64,000 nucleotides of DNA, taken from the NCBI GenBank assembly GCA_973895155.1, contig OZ316893.1:24045520-24109519 (forward strand), read 5' to 3'. Every line of letters starts with the position of its first letter. Position 1 is the first letter of the stretch. The stretch comes from Marsupella aquatica (taxonomy: Eukaryota; Plantae; Marchantiophyta). The position numbers and the translations under genes were made by a program. Below are positions 49,600 through 60,317 of this stretch, one piece after another. The notes under the pieces were generated by a model. It saw only the letters and a list, made by a program, of their open reading frames with translations, made no database searches and had not been told where the DNA came from.

Positions 49600-50621
49600 T
49601 TGCCAGTGTATTGCAGCCGGCCGTTTGCCTCCTCCCGTCTCTCGGCTCTTGAGTGCTTCTCGTTTATTGGCCATGGCTAAGTCTTCACCGGGTGTTCGGC
49701 CAATAGCTATTGGAGAGGTATTTCTTTGTCTTGTGTCTCCCACACTTTCATCGCAGTATAGCTCTGCACTATTGGATCACCTCTCTCCACATCAGTTTAC
49801 AGTGGGCGTTCTTGGCGGTTGTGAGACAGTTATTGCGGGTATTCGCACTACCTTGGACCTCCACCCTAATTGGGTTGTCCTCCATGTTGATGTCTCTAAC
49901 GTTTTCAACACGGTTTCTTGGGCAACAAATTTTTGTGCTTTGAGGGCGGCGGATCCAGACATCCTATCCCTTATCCCCTTTGTCCGTTGTTTTTATGGAC
50001 TCGAGGCCCCGCTCTTCTATAGTCATCACACCTATACTGGAGAGTATACCACTCTTTTGCAGAAGGTACACGTCTGGGTGACCCTTTGGGTGGGCCTCTT
50101 TTTGCCATTGCCCATTTTATAGCTTTACGGGAAGCCATCGTGGCCCACCCCCAGTGTATCTTCCCCTCCCTTTCAAATGACACCCACACCATTGGTCCTC
50201 CCGCAGCGGTTACTTCTGCCCTTGCCACTCTCTCCACCCATTTGATGGGCCTTGGTTTATGGGTTCAGCCCGTGAAGAGTCGTGCATGCAATCCAGTTGG
50301 GTTACCCTTTGATCTTGTGCTTCCCCTGGGTTACTACGTCCAGCCGATGGTCTTTGGGTCCTTGGCTCCCCAGTCGGTACCGCCTCCTTTTGCTCATCTT
50401 TCATCGTTGACACTCTACAGGCTACCTTAGCCCCTACTCCTATGCTCCCTAAGTTAGCAGATTCTCAGGTAGCATTTGGGATGTTGTTGAGGTGCATCCA
50501 CCCTCGTGCGCCTTATTTGGCTAGGACGCATCCCCCTATCGAGGGTCTTTGTCTCCACCTTCGAGCGTTTGACGTCTGCATTCATGAGACTTTGGCCTCT
50601 CTTTTAGGGCCAGATATGTTG
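49600..50621 (+). mobile_element. Degenerate CRE-clade reverse transcriptase fragment, cut at 50621 by the CACTA insertion
   Basis: SRLLAMAKSSPGVRPIAIGEVF, HQFTVGVLGGCE, VDVSNVFNTVS, GTRLGDPLGGPLFA, FPSLSNDTHTIGP (degenerate xxDD motif) and VLGSPVGT, with frameshifts. Confidence 0.8.
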
Positions 50622-51416
50622 CACTAGTACATTTTAGGGCCAATTACCGATATTTACACCATCGGATGCCTTCGGGAAAATGCGACGCCATTTTTGAGGT
50701 TTCCAATCCTAACTGCAGCAATCCGTCCGATACTCTCAGAATCGGATATCGACCATTGGACCTGTTTTGGACCACCCGATACCAATACTATCGGACTTTG
50801 CATATCTCCTGAAATCGGATACATTAGTTGTCCGATATCACAAGAGTCGGAAGAAGCCTCTCCTTGCACCATGTGAAGATCTGTTGTCCGACTGTTGTCC
50901 GTATTAATTTGCAAGGGATATTGCGTTAAAATTCCCATCGAACATTGCGATGGTGAAATGAACGGACGTTCCAATAGTTTTGGTATTGGAATTTGAAGTA
51001 TAATTGGTATCGGAACATACGAAATGGAGGGGTTCGGAAGCATTGGAGGGGTGCAATAGAAAAAGTATCGGAAGAGTACTCGGGAAAGACCTAGCTTCAT
51101 TGCAACATTTGGTTTCTTGTGGGGATCTTTTCTGTTGGGGTTGAGGGTGGTTCTTGGGGGAATTTATACAATACAACATAGAGGGATTTGTTGAAGATGT
51201 TGAAGAGGTTATTTGAAAGAGAATGCCAATAGAAGTAATTAACACAAGAAGGATATATGGCCACAAAGGGTACTCAAACTCCAAAAGGGAAACATACCCC
51301 AAAATGTACAAGAGTGATCCAAGTACTGGGATCACAAAAGTAAGCACATCCAACTCCTAATCTCGTCTAAGTCTAAGGCTAGACAGTATGTCTCTATCTA
51401 TCTAAGCTAGTCTAAG

Positions 51417-54403
51417 TCAAAATGGAGCATGTCGTCCCTTCCTCTTTTTGGAACGAGTCCGAGGTGGTGGGGGTACAATACTAGTCTGGGCAGGAGCCTG
51501 GGTGAATGGGGGCTCGTCCATGGTGACTTGGTCCACAACATCTGGCCCCTGTGTAGAGGTCATAGGAGGCACTGGACACACGCCACCACCACCACCACCA
51601 CCATGTGACGCTAGGGAGTCATGGGAAGGTCCGCTCCCCCCACTTGCATGGCAAGTATGAAAGGAAGCTGCACCACCCCCACTAGCCCCGTTGCCAATGG
51701 ACTGCCGTGATGTACCACCCTCGCTCCCTCCTGAATGGCCAAGGGCAATATGAGCACCCCCAGTCTGGGCTGAAGGGTGAGAGACACCAACACCACCGGC
51801 TGTACTCCCTCCTAACTGGCCAGGGGAAGGTTGACGACCCCCAGTGCGGCCTCAGTGGTGAGAGCTAGACAACACCGACACTACCTCTACTCCCTCTACT
51901 CCCTCCTGACTGACCCTGAGCACTAACACCGCCCCCAATGTGGCCTGAGTGGTGAGACACACCACCGACTCTAGCTCTACTCCCTCCTGACTGACCAGGA
52001 GCAGTAACATTGCCCCCAATGTGGCCTGAGTGGGGAGAGACACCACCAACACCACCACTCCCTCCTGACTGGCCAGGGGCCTTAACACCACCCCCTGTCG
52101 AGCCTGAGTGATGAGAACCTCCCAAGCCACCCCCATCTGCACCAGAGTGTTGTGAGCCTCTAGAACACCCTTCCCCATGAGGCTCTAATCGGCCAGACCC
52201 ACCAACAGCACATCGCTCATCTCGCAACACATGCCAAGGGCCTCGAATATCAGCTCTGCCACTAGCCCGTGACCGGCGCCGGGGACCCTCACCACCTGTG
52301 CCAACAGCCCGTGAGTCACGTCTGCCACTAGATCCAACCCCTATGGCTCTAGGCTGGTGATAGAGGGGTCCCACTAGCACCACCCCTACTGGTCCTAGTA
52401 TGTGTCGCACGAACATCCGCTATGGGACCATGACGGGTCGACTGAAGAGCCCTAGCACTACCCCTAACTGTATCGGACCGGCGAGGAGGGGGTATGGCCA
52501 CAATCCCCTCCTCTGGGTCCAACAACTCTGAATCAGATTCGCCGGATCCCCCACTGCTATGCCCTGAGCCCTCATCCACCGAGTCCTCACCCTCCGATCC
52601 CTCCTCATCTGAGCCCTGCATATATCCAACCAACAACCCAAATTAGTATACGCTTTTTAGAAATAAATTTCAACACCCCATTAAGACATTGCATTAAAAA
52701 TAATCTCCTTACCGAACCTAGCTCCTCCTTCAAGTGAATCCGAAGAGCCCGTGGTCCTTGTCTCTTAGCCAACTCCCTCTCTTCTGGAAATATTGGTCGC
52801 CCATGCTCGCGCTCCTGCCCCCCTCAAAAAATGCACCGGCAACCAAATTAGTCCCAATTAGTGCCACCGGGTCACACCCCAATTAGATCCACACTGGATC
52901 ACCCCCAACACGTTTTGAAATGGTCAATGGAACCAACCACGATAATCTGCAAGGGTAACCGTCAAAAAATTTGAAAATTCAAACTGTCCAATTACTTTCC
53001 GATTGTTTGTCCGATAGCATCAAGGTCGGATTGGAATCGGACACGACGTCCAAAAAAGCCATAGCAGTATTTCCGACTGTCTTTCCGATTCTATTACTAT
53101 CGGACCATAATCGGAAATAGGGCCACGACAAAAAAGATAAGAGTTATCGATTGCATGCATAGCGCGCTTGCAGGGCCCGCACGGCTTGACAATAAGAGGG
53201 GACTTTGGGCCGGGGCTCTTCAGGCAAAGAAGGGCCTCAGGTGATCAGGTGAATGGAGGGAAGAGCTTGGAGAGAGAAGGTGGAGTCTACTTATAGATTC
53301 TGCCTTGAGACGCAGTGACGCGCCCTGCCCCATTCTGTGAGTGACTACTGGCCTGTTATCAACTCGAATCAATGCCTTTTGCATATGTGAGGGAGGGTCC
53401 CTAAGCTGAATTGACTTTGCATCCCAATGTTGCAGGTTTTGATCAGCATGGCGGGTGTCAATAGTCTCCCCTACCTGGGCCCTCACTGCAAGGACTTCTA
53501 GCTCAGCTTGCCATTATCTCCTTGCCTACCAGGCTCGAACCTGTAGCTCGGTTTCAATCCAAGCTGGCCATACCTCCACAGGAATATCATTTGGGCACCC
53601 TCTTTGCCTGATCACCTCCTCACTGTCCTTGCACTCACCAAGGTACTTCCTCAGCTTCTCCCTGATGTGATTCCTTCTGTCTGCAAGGGATAGAGTGATT
53701 TTCTTGTTTAAGAACCTGTCATCAATGAATGAGCCATTGCAAAAACGTTCCTTCACCTGCTCACAAACTCTGAACTTCTCTTCTTCCTTTTTCTTCCCCC
53801 AGTAATCTAACACTCCAAAATGGGATCTAAGTACTTGCCCAAGCTGACTCCTGAAAAGATTATAGCTCTTGGCCCTCGGAGCTCCTCCCTCATTCAAATA
53901 AATTTTTGGCCTCTTGCTTCTCTCCTCTACTCGCAGCTTCTCCTCCTCGGCTCTTTTCCTATCTGCAGCCCGTGCCTCTCTACGTAAGGCCTTAACTCTC
54001 TCTGTCGTGGTGAGAGGGCCTCCACAGGTACAGTCTCCTTCTCCTCCCTTCTCTTCCTCTTCTTCTCTTTCTCCCTAGTACGCTGCCTCTCCTCAAATGT
54101 TTTCTGAGCTTCAGCAAGAACAGTGCTCCTAGAAGAGTCTAGCAATCCTTGTGTCAATGTAGCCACCTTTTGCGCATGCTCTATGGAGAGCCCTACCTGC
54201 TTATGGAAAATTTCAGCCATGATCTCCCCAAAGTCTTCTGATGGCCCTGCTCCATCCCCTGTAGCTCCTCCAGCCCCACCTCGTCCAGCTCCTGACCCTC
54301 CATCTCCACCATCTCCTTGCCCTCCAGCTGTTCCTCCAAATTCTGTTCCTGTCCCTGCTCTTGCCCCTCCCCCAGCCCCTCCATCGCTCCCCTCCATAGC
54401 CAT
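51417..54403 (-). pseudogene. CACTA accessory ORF (TnpA/Transposase_24-like), multi-exon and degraded, with a Gly/Ser/His-rich repetitive C-terminus
   Basis: MAMEGSDGG...; LGQVLRSHFG...VCEQVKERF...LADRRNHIREKLRKYL...GCPNDIPVEVWPAWIE; a small exon at about 52713-52815 (EREHGRPIFPEERE) flanked by AG/GT; repeated ctccctcct.actg units at 51720-52120. Has stops and frameshifts. Confidence 0.6.
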
Positions 54404-55305
54404 TTGCTCTTCGCTGCCGTGCGCCACGCGCTTGTTTTTCACAAAGACATGAACTCCCGACTGTTTTTCGATGCAAAGCCCGACTCAAGTGCATTTGCAC
54501 TTAGGTCGGGTGCCCTAAAAATGCTTCCGACTACTGATCCGATTCTATTTACATCGGAAATTCCCATTAAAAATGTATCGGACATTGTATCAGATGAACA
54601 TCGGACCCCTCCTGCAAAGCACTAACCTAAGGCTCTTCCGATATAGAGAACATGGTAAATGAATTTGGTCTTTCTTTGGATGACACTACGTTGGTTCTAT
54701 GTGTTGTCCAGGGGTTCTACGGATAGGGCGGACCATTGGAGCCGTGGTATCCCGAGTCACATGCATGATTTTGGAGGTGGTTGGTATGTATAAGGGTTGC
54801 AGGTTATTTTTAAAGGTTACTCCAAATTTTTAGGGTGGCATTTAATTTGGAGTGCCAAATACAATTTGACCTAGCTTACCTTATGCATTTTGCATTCGGA
54901 ATTTTGCAGTTCCTTTTTGTGGAGGGTTAGGTTATTGCGATTATTTTGGGTCCATTTTTGCAATGCATCATGCACAGTGAGAGCCCGCACATCTGAAAGG
55001 TATTACCACCTCTACAATGTGAGCTATATTTACTATGAAGTATTACCTATAATTACTATGAATTATTGATATTGGTGTACCCCAATTAAGCTCAAGTGTA
55101 CTTGTGCAGCAATTTCAGATTTGTCTTAGAATATAGTCTAAGGCCAAGATCCTAGTCGGCACTGCAAAGCGCGGGTCTCATTCAGGTGTTATTGATATGA
55201 AAACATCTCTCTGTCTTTTTTGCCTTCATATTTATTGCATTGGCCTTACACATTTAATTCCCACAATGGCACATAAAAGGTTATTTTTGTATGGGTGATG
55301 GACAG

Positions 55306-55541
55306 ATGTCTTCTTCCGAGAGTTCAGAGTCGGATTCCAACTCAACCTCTTCATCTTCTGAGGGGGACATTCCTCCCCCCCCCCCCCTCCGAGGCTTCAA
55401 TGTCCTCCTCCTCTAGGCCCTATTCCATGTTGGTGTGTCCGATGTAAAGGCATGGTGGTTCGTCAAGCCTGGGAAGCCATTGAGCATATTGAGAACTATG
55501 GTAGACACGAGGGCAATTTACCGGGATATTCCACTCGCGAG
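55306..55541 (+). CDS. First coding exon of the CACTA plus-strand gene: transposase-associated Cys/His domain
   Basis: ATG at 55306 after acceptor ggacag. MSSSESSE..., then across a 1-nt shift in the C13 run (55375-55387) IPCWCVRCKGMVVRQAWEAIEHIENYG, matching the CxCxxC...H-x3-G pattern. Phase-0 donor gag|gtatgc at 55541/55542. Confidence 0.7.
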
Positions 55542-55749
55542 GTATGCACAATTAATTGCTCTTGGAGACATTGACATGTACAATTTGCCACATTGCACCC
55601 ATACATTTATTAATTGTTGGTTTTTTTGTGATTGAATAGGTGCCTCGTAGGACCCCTCCTCCATTGGTCTCTAATGACTTATGGGTAAATACACTTTTGG
55701 CTGGTGCAAGAAAGTTGCTTGCATCATCATCAGCTCCCTCTCCATCTAG

Positions 55750-56559
55750 CCACCCCCCCGTGTTCAGCCAGAGAGTGTAGCAGATCCATCTAGGGTTGGA
55801 CGCACCCGAGCACGTTCCCAGAGACAACGTCGCCATTATGATCCCTTGCCAGGCACTCATGAGACCGAGGAGCAAGTTGTAGACCGTACTCTTAGAGTGC
55901 CACCAGGAGAGGACTATGTGGAAGTGGAAGGGAGGTTGGGGTTGTCATATGTCACCGGGAAGGCATTGACAGTGTTGAAGGATTTCTCGTCTGAGAGATT
56001 CAAAATACCCCCTGGCCTAACCACTGATACCCCTATCCACATATGGGGTCACCAATGGATAGTGAAGGCGTCTTCCCTTGGCCCTGACATAGGATTTGGG
56101 GTGTTTTCCTTGGAGGACATTGTGGTCCCGCCCAAGCCGTGGCCCCAAGGTTATGATGGTGAGCACCTATTTCCATACATTGGTCCTGTGTATACTTCAA
56201 AATGTTGGAACATTCTATTGCGCCAACACCCATCGTGGGGTGTCTATGCATTGCAAATGGATTCTGATCCAGATGAGCTCATACGGAGGCCTTGGCATTC
56301 TTGGATGATTGATGGCGACCCTATTTGCTCCGATAATATAGCTGGGTACATCAATAGTACTCGTGGTAGAGGGAGAGGACTTAGGCCTAATGTAGAGTGG
56401 ATTCAGATATTTGGTCCACCTAGAGAGCCTTACTATGTAAAACATATGGATGATCATGTCATGACTATAGCCATTACAACCATTAGGGCTGGCCAGGAGT
56501 TGTTTTGTGACTATGAGTGGGATAGGCCCAAGAAAGCATTGCTTTCTCGCCCCGTGTAG
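55750..56559 (+). CDS. SET-domain protein exon inside the CACTA element
   Basis: Uninterrupted frame with VKASSLGPDIGFGVFSLEDI (GxG motif I), LFPYIGPV, YAL, IDGDP..NIAGYINST (motif III), PNVEW and AITTIRAGQELFCDYEW (motif IV). Confidence 0.88.
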   Translation, partial: PPPRVQPESVADPSRVGRTRARSQRQRRHYDPLPGTHETEEQVVDRTLRVPPGEDYVEVEGRLGLSYVTGKALTVLKDFSSERFKIPPGLTTDTPIHIWGHQWIVKASSLGPDIGFGVFSLEDIVVPPKPWPQGYDGEHLFPYIGPVYTSKCWNILLRQHPSWGVYALQMDSDPDELIRRPWHSWMIDGDPICSDNIAGYINSTRGRGRGLRPNVEWIQIFGPPREPYYVKHMDDHVMTIAITTIRAGQELFCDYEWDRPKKALLSRPV

Positions 56560-56797
56560 GGCAGACATATATGTATATATACCACCTTTTTGTTTAACAT
56601 AAAATACATGATACAGGTTTTCAAACTAAATTGGTTAGTTGTGTAAGTCAATCTTTGATCAAGGTTTGAAAGTATACTAGTAGAATACATGTGTAAAGAG
56701 AATTGTAATTTTGCGGGGAAACCAAAAAGCCTATACCTTTAAACACTTGTCTCATTGTGGCCCTTCTAATATAATACGTATGTTTGTGAAATGTTAG

Positions 56798-59700
56798 AAT
56801 GCATATGTTCAACCAGATATGGGGGTATTATCACGAGCAATGCGGCAACACCTTGTTGAGGCCATGGGTGATTGGCATAGGGCTCAAGCATCAGAGAATG
56901 AAGATGTCCCTCTTGAGCATTTGTCTAATGCCACCAAAGATAGACTTGAGGAGGAGAGGGCCATGGATGATCTTATGCACCAGTTCTATGACGTGGAGGA
57001 TGGTGACCATGATATGGGTGATGCATTTAACACCAATGCACATCCTCATGGTGACAATCCTTCACAAGGTTCTTCCTCTAGACAATGGGAGGAAGCTCGT
57101 GACCATGCGCAAACACGGATTTTTGAGGGGTCACAACTATCTCGGCTCTCAGGAATAATGTTATTGTTGAACTTGCAGCAAAGACATGGAGCAAGCAATC
57201 TCCTTCTTGATGATCTCTTCAGGACCTTGCATAGTCGTATTTTGCCAGAAGGGAACTACTTGCCTAGTTCATGGAAAGCGGCAAAAAAGGTGTTGAAATC
57301 CATAGGCCTCAAATACGAAGTCATACATGCTTGTGTGAATGATTGTGTTTAGTTTAGGGGGGAACACAAAGATGCCACTACATGTCCTACATGTGACCAA
57401 CCGAGGTATCGAGAGGACATGCTGACTGGAAAAGCAGCACAGAAGGTCATGAGGTATTTTACTCTTATCCCCAGATTACGGCACTAGTACCGATGTGCAG
57501 AGTTGGCTGAGTATATGGTGTGGCATTCCAAGAACCGGTCAGATATGAGTTCAGATTGGCCGACCATGCGTATGATGGTGGACTCACCTGCAAATAGGTT
57601 TGTGGAGGACCGATGGGGTGACTTCAAGACAGACCCACGTCATGTACGACTAGGTTTGGCATCAGATGGGATCAGCCCCTTTGCATTGGCCGGGAAGGCC
57701 CAACCATACTCAGTTTGGCCAATAGTCCTTACAAATTACAACATCCCTCCATGGATGGCCATGAAGAAAGGTCATTTGCTGCTCTCAATGATTATCCCAA
57801 GCCCCAAGCAAGTAAAAAAGATTGATGTTTACTTGCAACCATTGTTGGAGGAGCTTCAACAAATATGGAGGGGAGTGGATTGCTATGATGGTCGAGTGCT
57901 GACAGGTGGTTTACCTCATGAATTTAAATTAAAAGCCATCGTTATGTGGACCATACATGATCTTCCTGGTATGTTAAAATATACCTTCCCCAATATTATG
58001 CATGGTTTTTTATGGTAGATAATACACTATAGGATAATGTTATATATAAAAGTTTGCGTGGCTATTGTTTAATGTATTGATTGTGTGTGTTGTAGGGTTT
58101 GGATATATCTCTGGGTTGCAGACATCAGGATACCGAGCCTGCCCAACTTGTGGTCCTGATTTGGAGGGAGTGGCACGCCCTAAGTCTACCACCCTACGGA
58201 AGATAGTTTACATTGGTCACACAAAGTATCTCCCCCCAGAGCATGAATGGAGGCGTGACCCATTCTTATATGACACGGATGATGGCCAACCAGACACACG
58301 CCCTCAACCAGTGCCAAGGGATCCACGCTATTGGAAGGAGGTATGGGATAGAGTGACAGACCCAGATGATCCCTTACCATTGGCCCGGTGTGGCATGACT
58401 CATTTGTCTACATTAATGTCAAAGCTACCATATTGGGCTGAGATGCCAATTAACAATTTGTTTGACCCTATGCACATTGAGGGGAACGTTGGGAGGTCAT
58501 TGATTCGCCATCTATACGGAGAGAAAGACAACAACTGGAGAGAGAGTTGTGAGGAGATGGGGATGCATGGTCCTCATGGTTTTTGGCCATCTATGGATCC
58601 CCCTAATGCCCCCCTTACTATTCACCCTCCTCGGGTATTGACCAGAGGCGAGCGGATTGGGTTCCGCAATCGTATAGGGTCAATGAGGTTTCCTACGGGC
58701 TACGGGGCCAATCTGCACAAGGCATTTGGGGGACCAGACTGTCCACGTTGGCCAGCTTTCTTGAAGACCCATGATTACCATCGTCTACTACAACATGTCA
58801 GTCCAGTGGCCATCATTGGATTGGGTGGTGAGGATCTTTGTGATGCCCTGTGGTCATTAGGTAAGCTCTTGAGGTGGGTGTGTCAAAAAGAGGTGAATGA
58901 GGATGAGATTGCAGCTATGGACTTGTTTGGAGTGGAGGTATTGTGCAAGTTGGAGAGGGCACTCCCTCCTTCATTCTTTAATGGCCAAGTTCACTTCCTC
59001 CTACACCTAGTGCGTGAGGTTGGCATTGCAGGGCCGGTACATTGTCGTTGGATGTACTGGGTAGAGCGGTTTATGAGAGTGATGAAGTCATATGTGTCAA
59101 ATCGTGCGAGAGTGGAAGGTAGCATCGCTGAGCATCATCTTGGAGCAGAGAGCATGTTTTATTGTACAAACCAATAGCTACACTTGATCCCAGTGCACCA
59201 AGGGGGTGGATAGACGAGGCATCAAGGGAAGCAGACTTTGAAGATGACTGTCTTACAGGGGCAAAGGGAGAACGACTTTTGGGCTCAGCTGAGCACCTTC
59301 AACTCACTACATTTATGTTGTATAACTTGTCTGAGATTGCGGGAGATTGGACAACTTTTTATAAGGAGGAAAAGGCAAATAGTCATCGGCCACGCATCTT
59401 CCCCAAGTTTGTCCCATACATGAGGGCAAAGTTGACCAAGATTGATGCCTTGTTGGAGCAAGGGGAGAGCGTGTCAGACTTCCCTTTGGTTACAGACAGC
59501 CTTTGCACCTTGGTTCATGGACCATTACTCACGGTGACAACTCGGACCGCCATGTGGTCAAAGGGAAGGCATTTTCGTGTGCAACGGCTTGATGATAAGA
59601 GGGCAGCTACATAGGATTGTGGGGTCATGGGTTGGTTCACCCAAGATTCACAAAGTAGCACATCTAATAGGAATCCAATACGCTCTACAGTGGCCCACTA

Positions 59701-60052
59701 TGGCAAGATTGAAGAGATATTGACAGTGCGTTATCATGCACACACCACTTTGGAGGAGGTGGTGTTGAAGTGCAAATGGTTTCGGATGAACCTTGTTGGC
59801 CATAACCGAACTTGCAAAGAGGATGCTTGTGGGTTCACAAGGTTGAAGACAGGTGCAAATAGGGTCATTAGCTCAACTTGGAGAACCTCTGATCCATTTG
59901 CATTCCCCCACCATCTTGAGCAGGCCTTCTATCTTCCGTATCCTGATGATCCTGAGTGGTCCATTGTCATGACTTATATTCCACGATCACGATCCATCAT
60001 CCAGGAGCGACCCAATGTGGTTGTAGTTGAAGATTTGGACCCTGAGCCTTGA
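56798..60052 (+). pseudogene. tnpD: CACTA TnpD transposase (Transposase_21, DUF4218 and DUF4216-like regions); intron 57969-58095; several stops and a frameshift
   Basis: LPEGNYLP, IHACVNDC, CPTCDQPRY, RHVRLGLASDGISPF, YSVWPIVLTNYNIPPW, IDVYLQPLLEEL, HDLPG|FGYISG, DPMHIEGNV, LKTHDYH, WMYWVERFM and DPFAFPHHLEQAFY. Stops at about 57350, 57485 and 59612, and a frameshift at about 59170. Confidence 0.95.
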
Positions 60053-60317
60053 GGTCCTTGGTAGCTAGTGTACCTTGGGATTAATCTCGTAGGACCCCTC
60101 CATATGTTTATTTTTACCGGCATTATATATATCATTGTTGTATTTCATGTTCCCTCTACTATGAAAGGGACCAGATTTCTTAATAAAGTTATGAGTATTT
60201 GTTTTCCACACCATATCCGATACAATGAACATCGCATAATTGTCGGAAGCATCTTACCTTAATTCCGAAACCTTGTCCGATTCAGTCTACATCGGACCCC
60301 TCTTAACAGTTATAACC

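Larger units (their letters stand above)
50622..60317 (+). mobile_element. CACTA (En/Spm) DNA transposon 1; right TIR not seen (interrupted by a second CACTA at 60318)
   Basis: Starts CACTAGTACA at 50622, where the CRE RT breaks off. Dense TCCGA/TCGGA subterminal repeats at 50645-50900 and 60215-60300. Contains a TnpD transposase. Confidence 0.9.

Noticed and set aside
54123-54452. Pro-rich, extensin-like plus-strand ORF
   Set aside because: Antisense shadow of the Gly-rich N-terminus of the CACTA minus-strand ORF.
57482-57491. CACTAGTAC inside TnpD as another CACTA terminus
   Set aside because: It is the codon string H-*-Y (likely TGG>TAG) in a continuous transposase frame, with no subterminal repeats.
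55750-60052. Intact SET frame versus broken TnpD as proof of selection on SET
   Set aside because: About four lesions in 3.1 kb versus none in 0.8 kb is compatible with chance. It needs dN/dS across copies.
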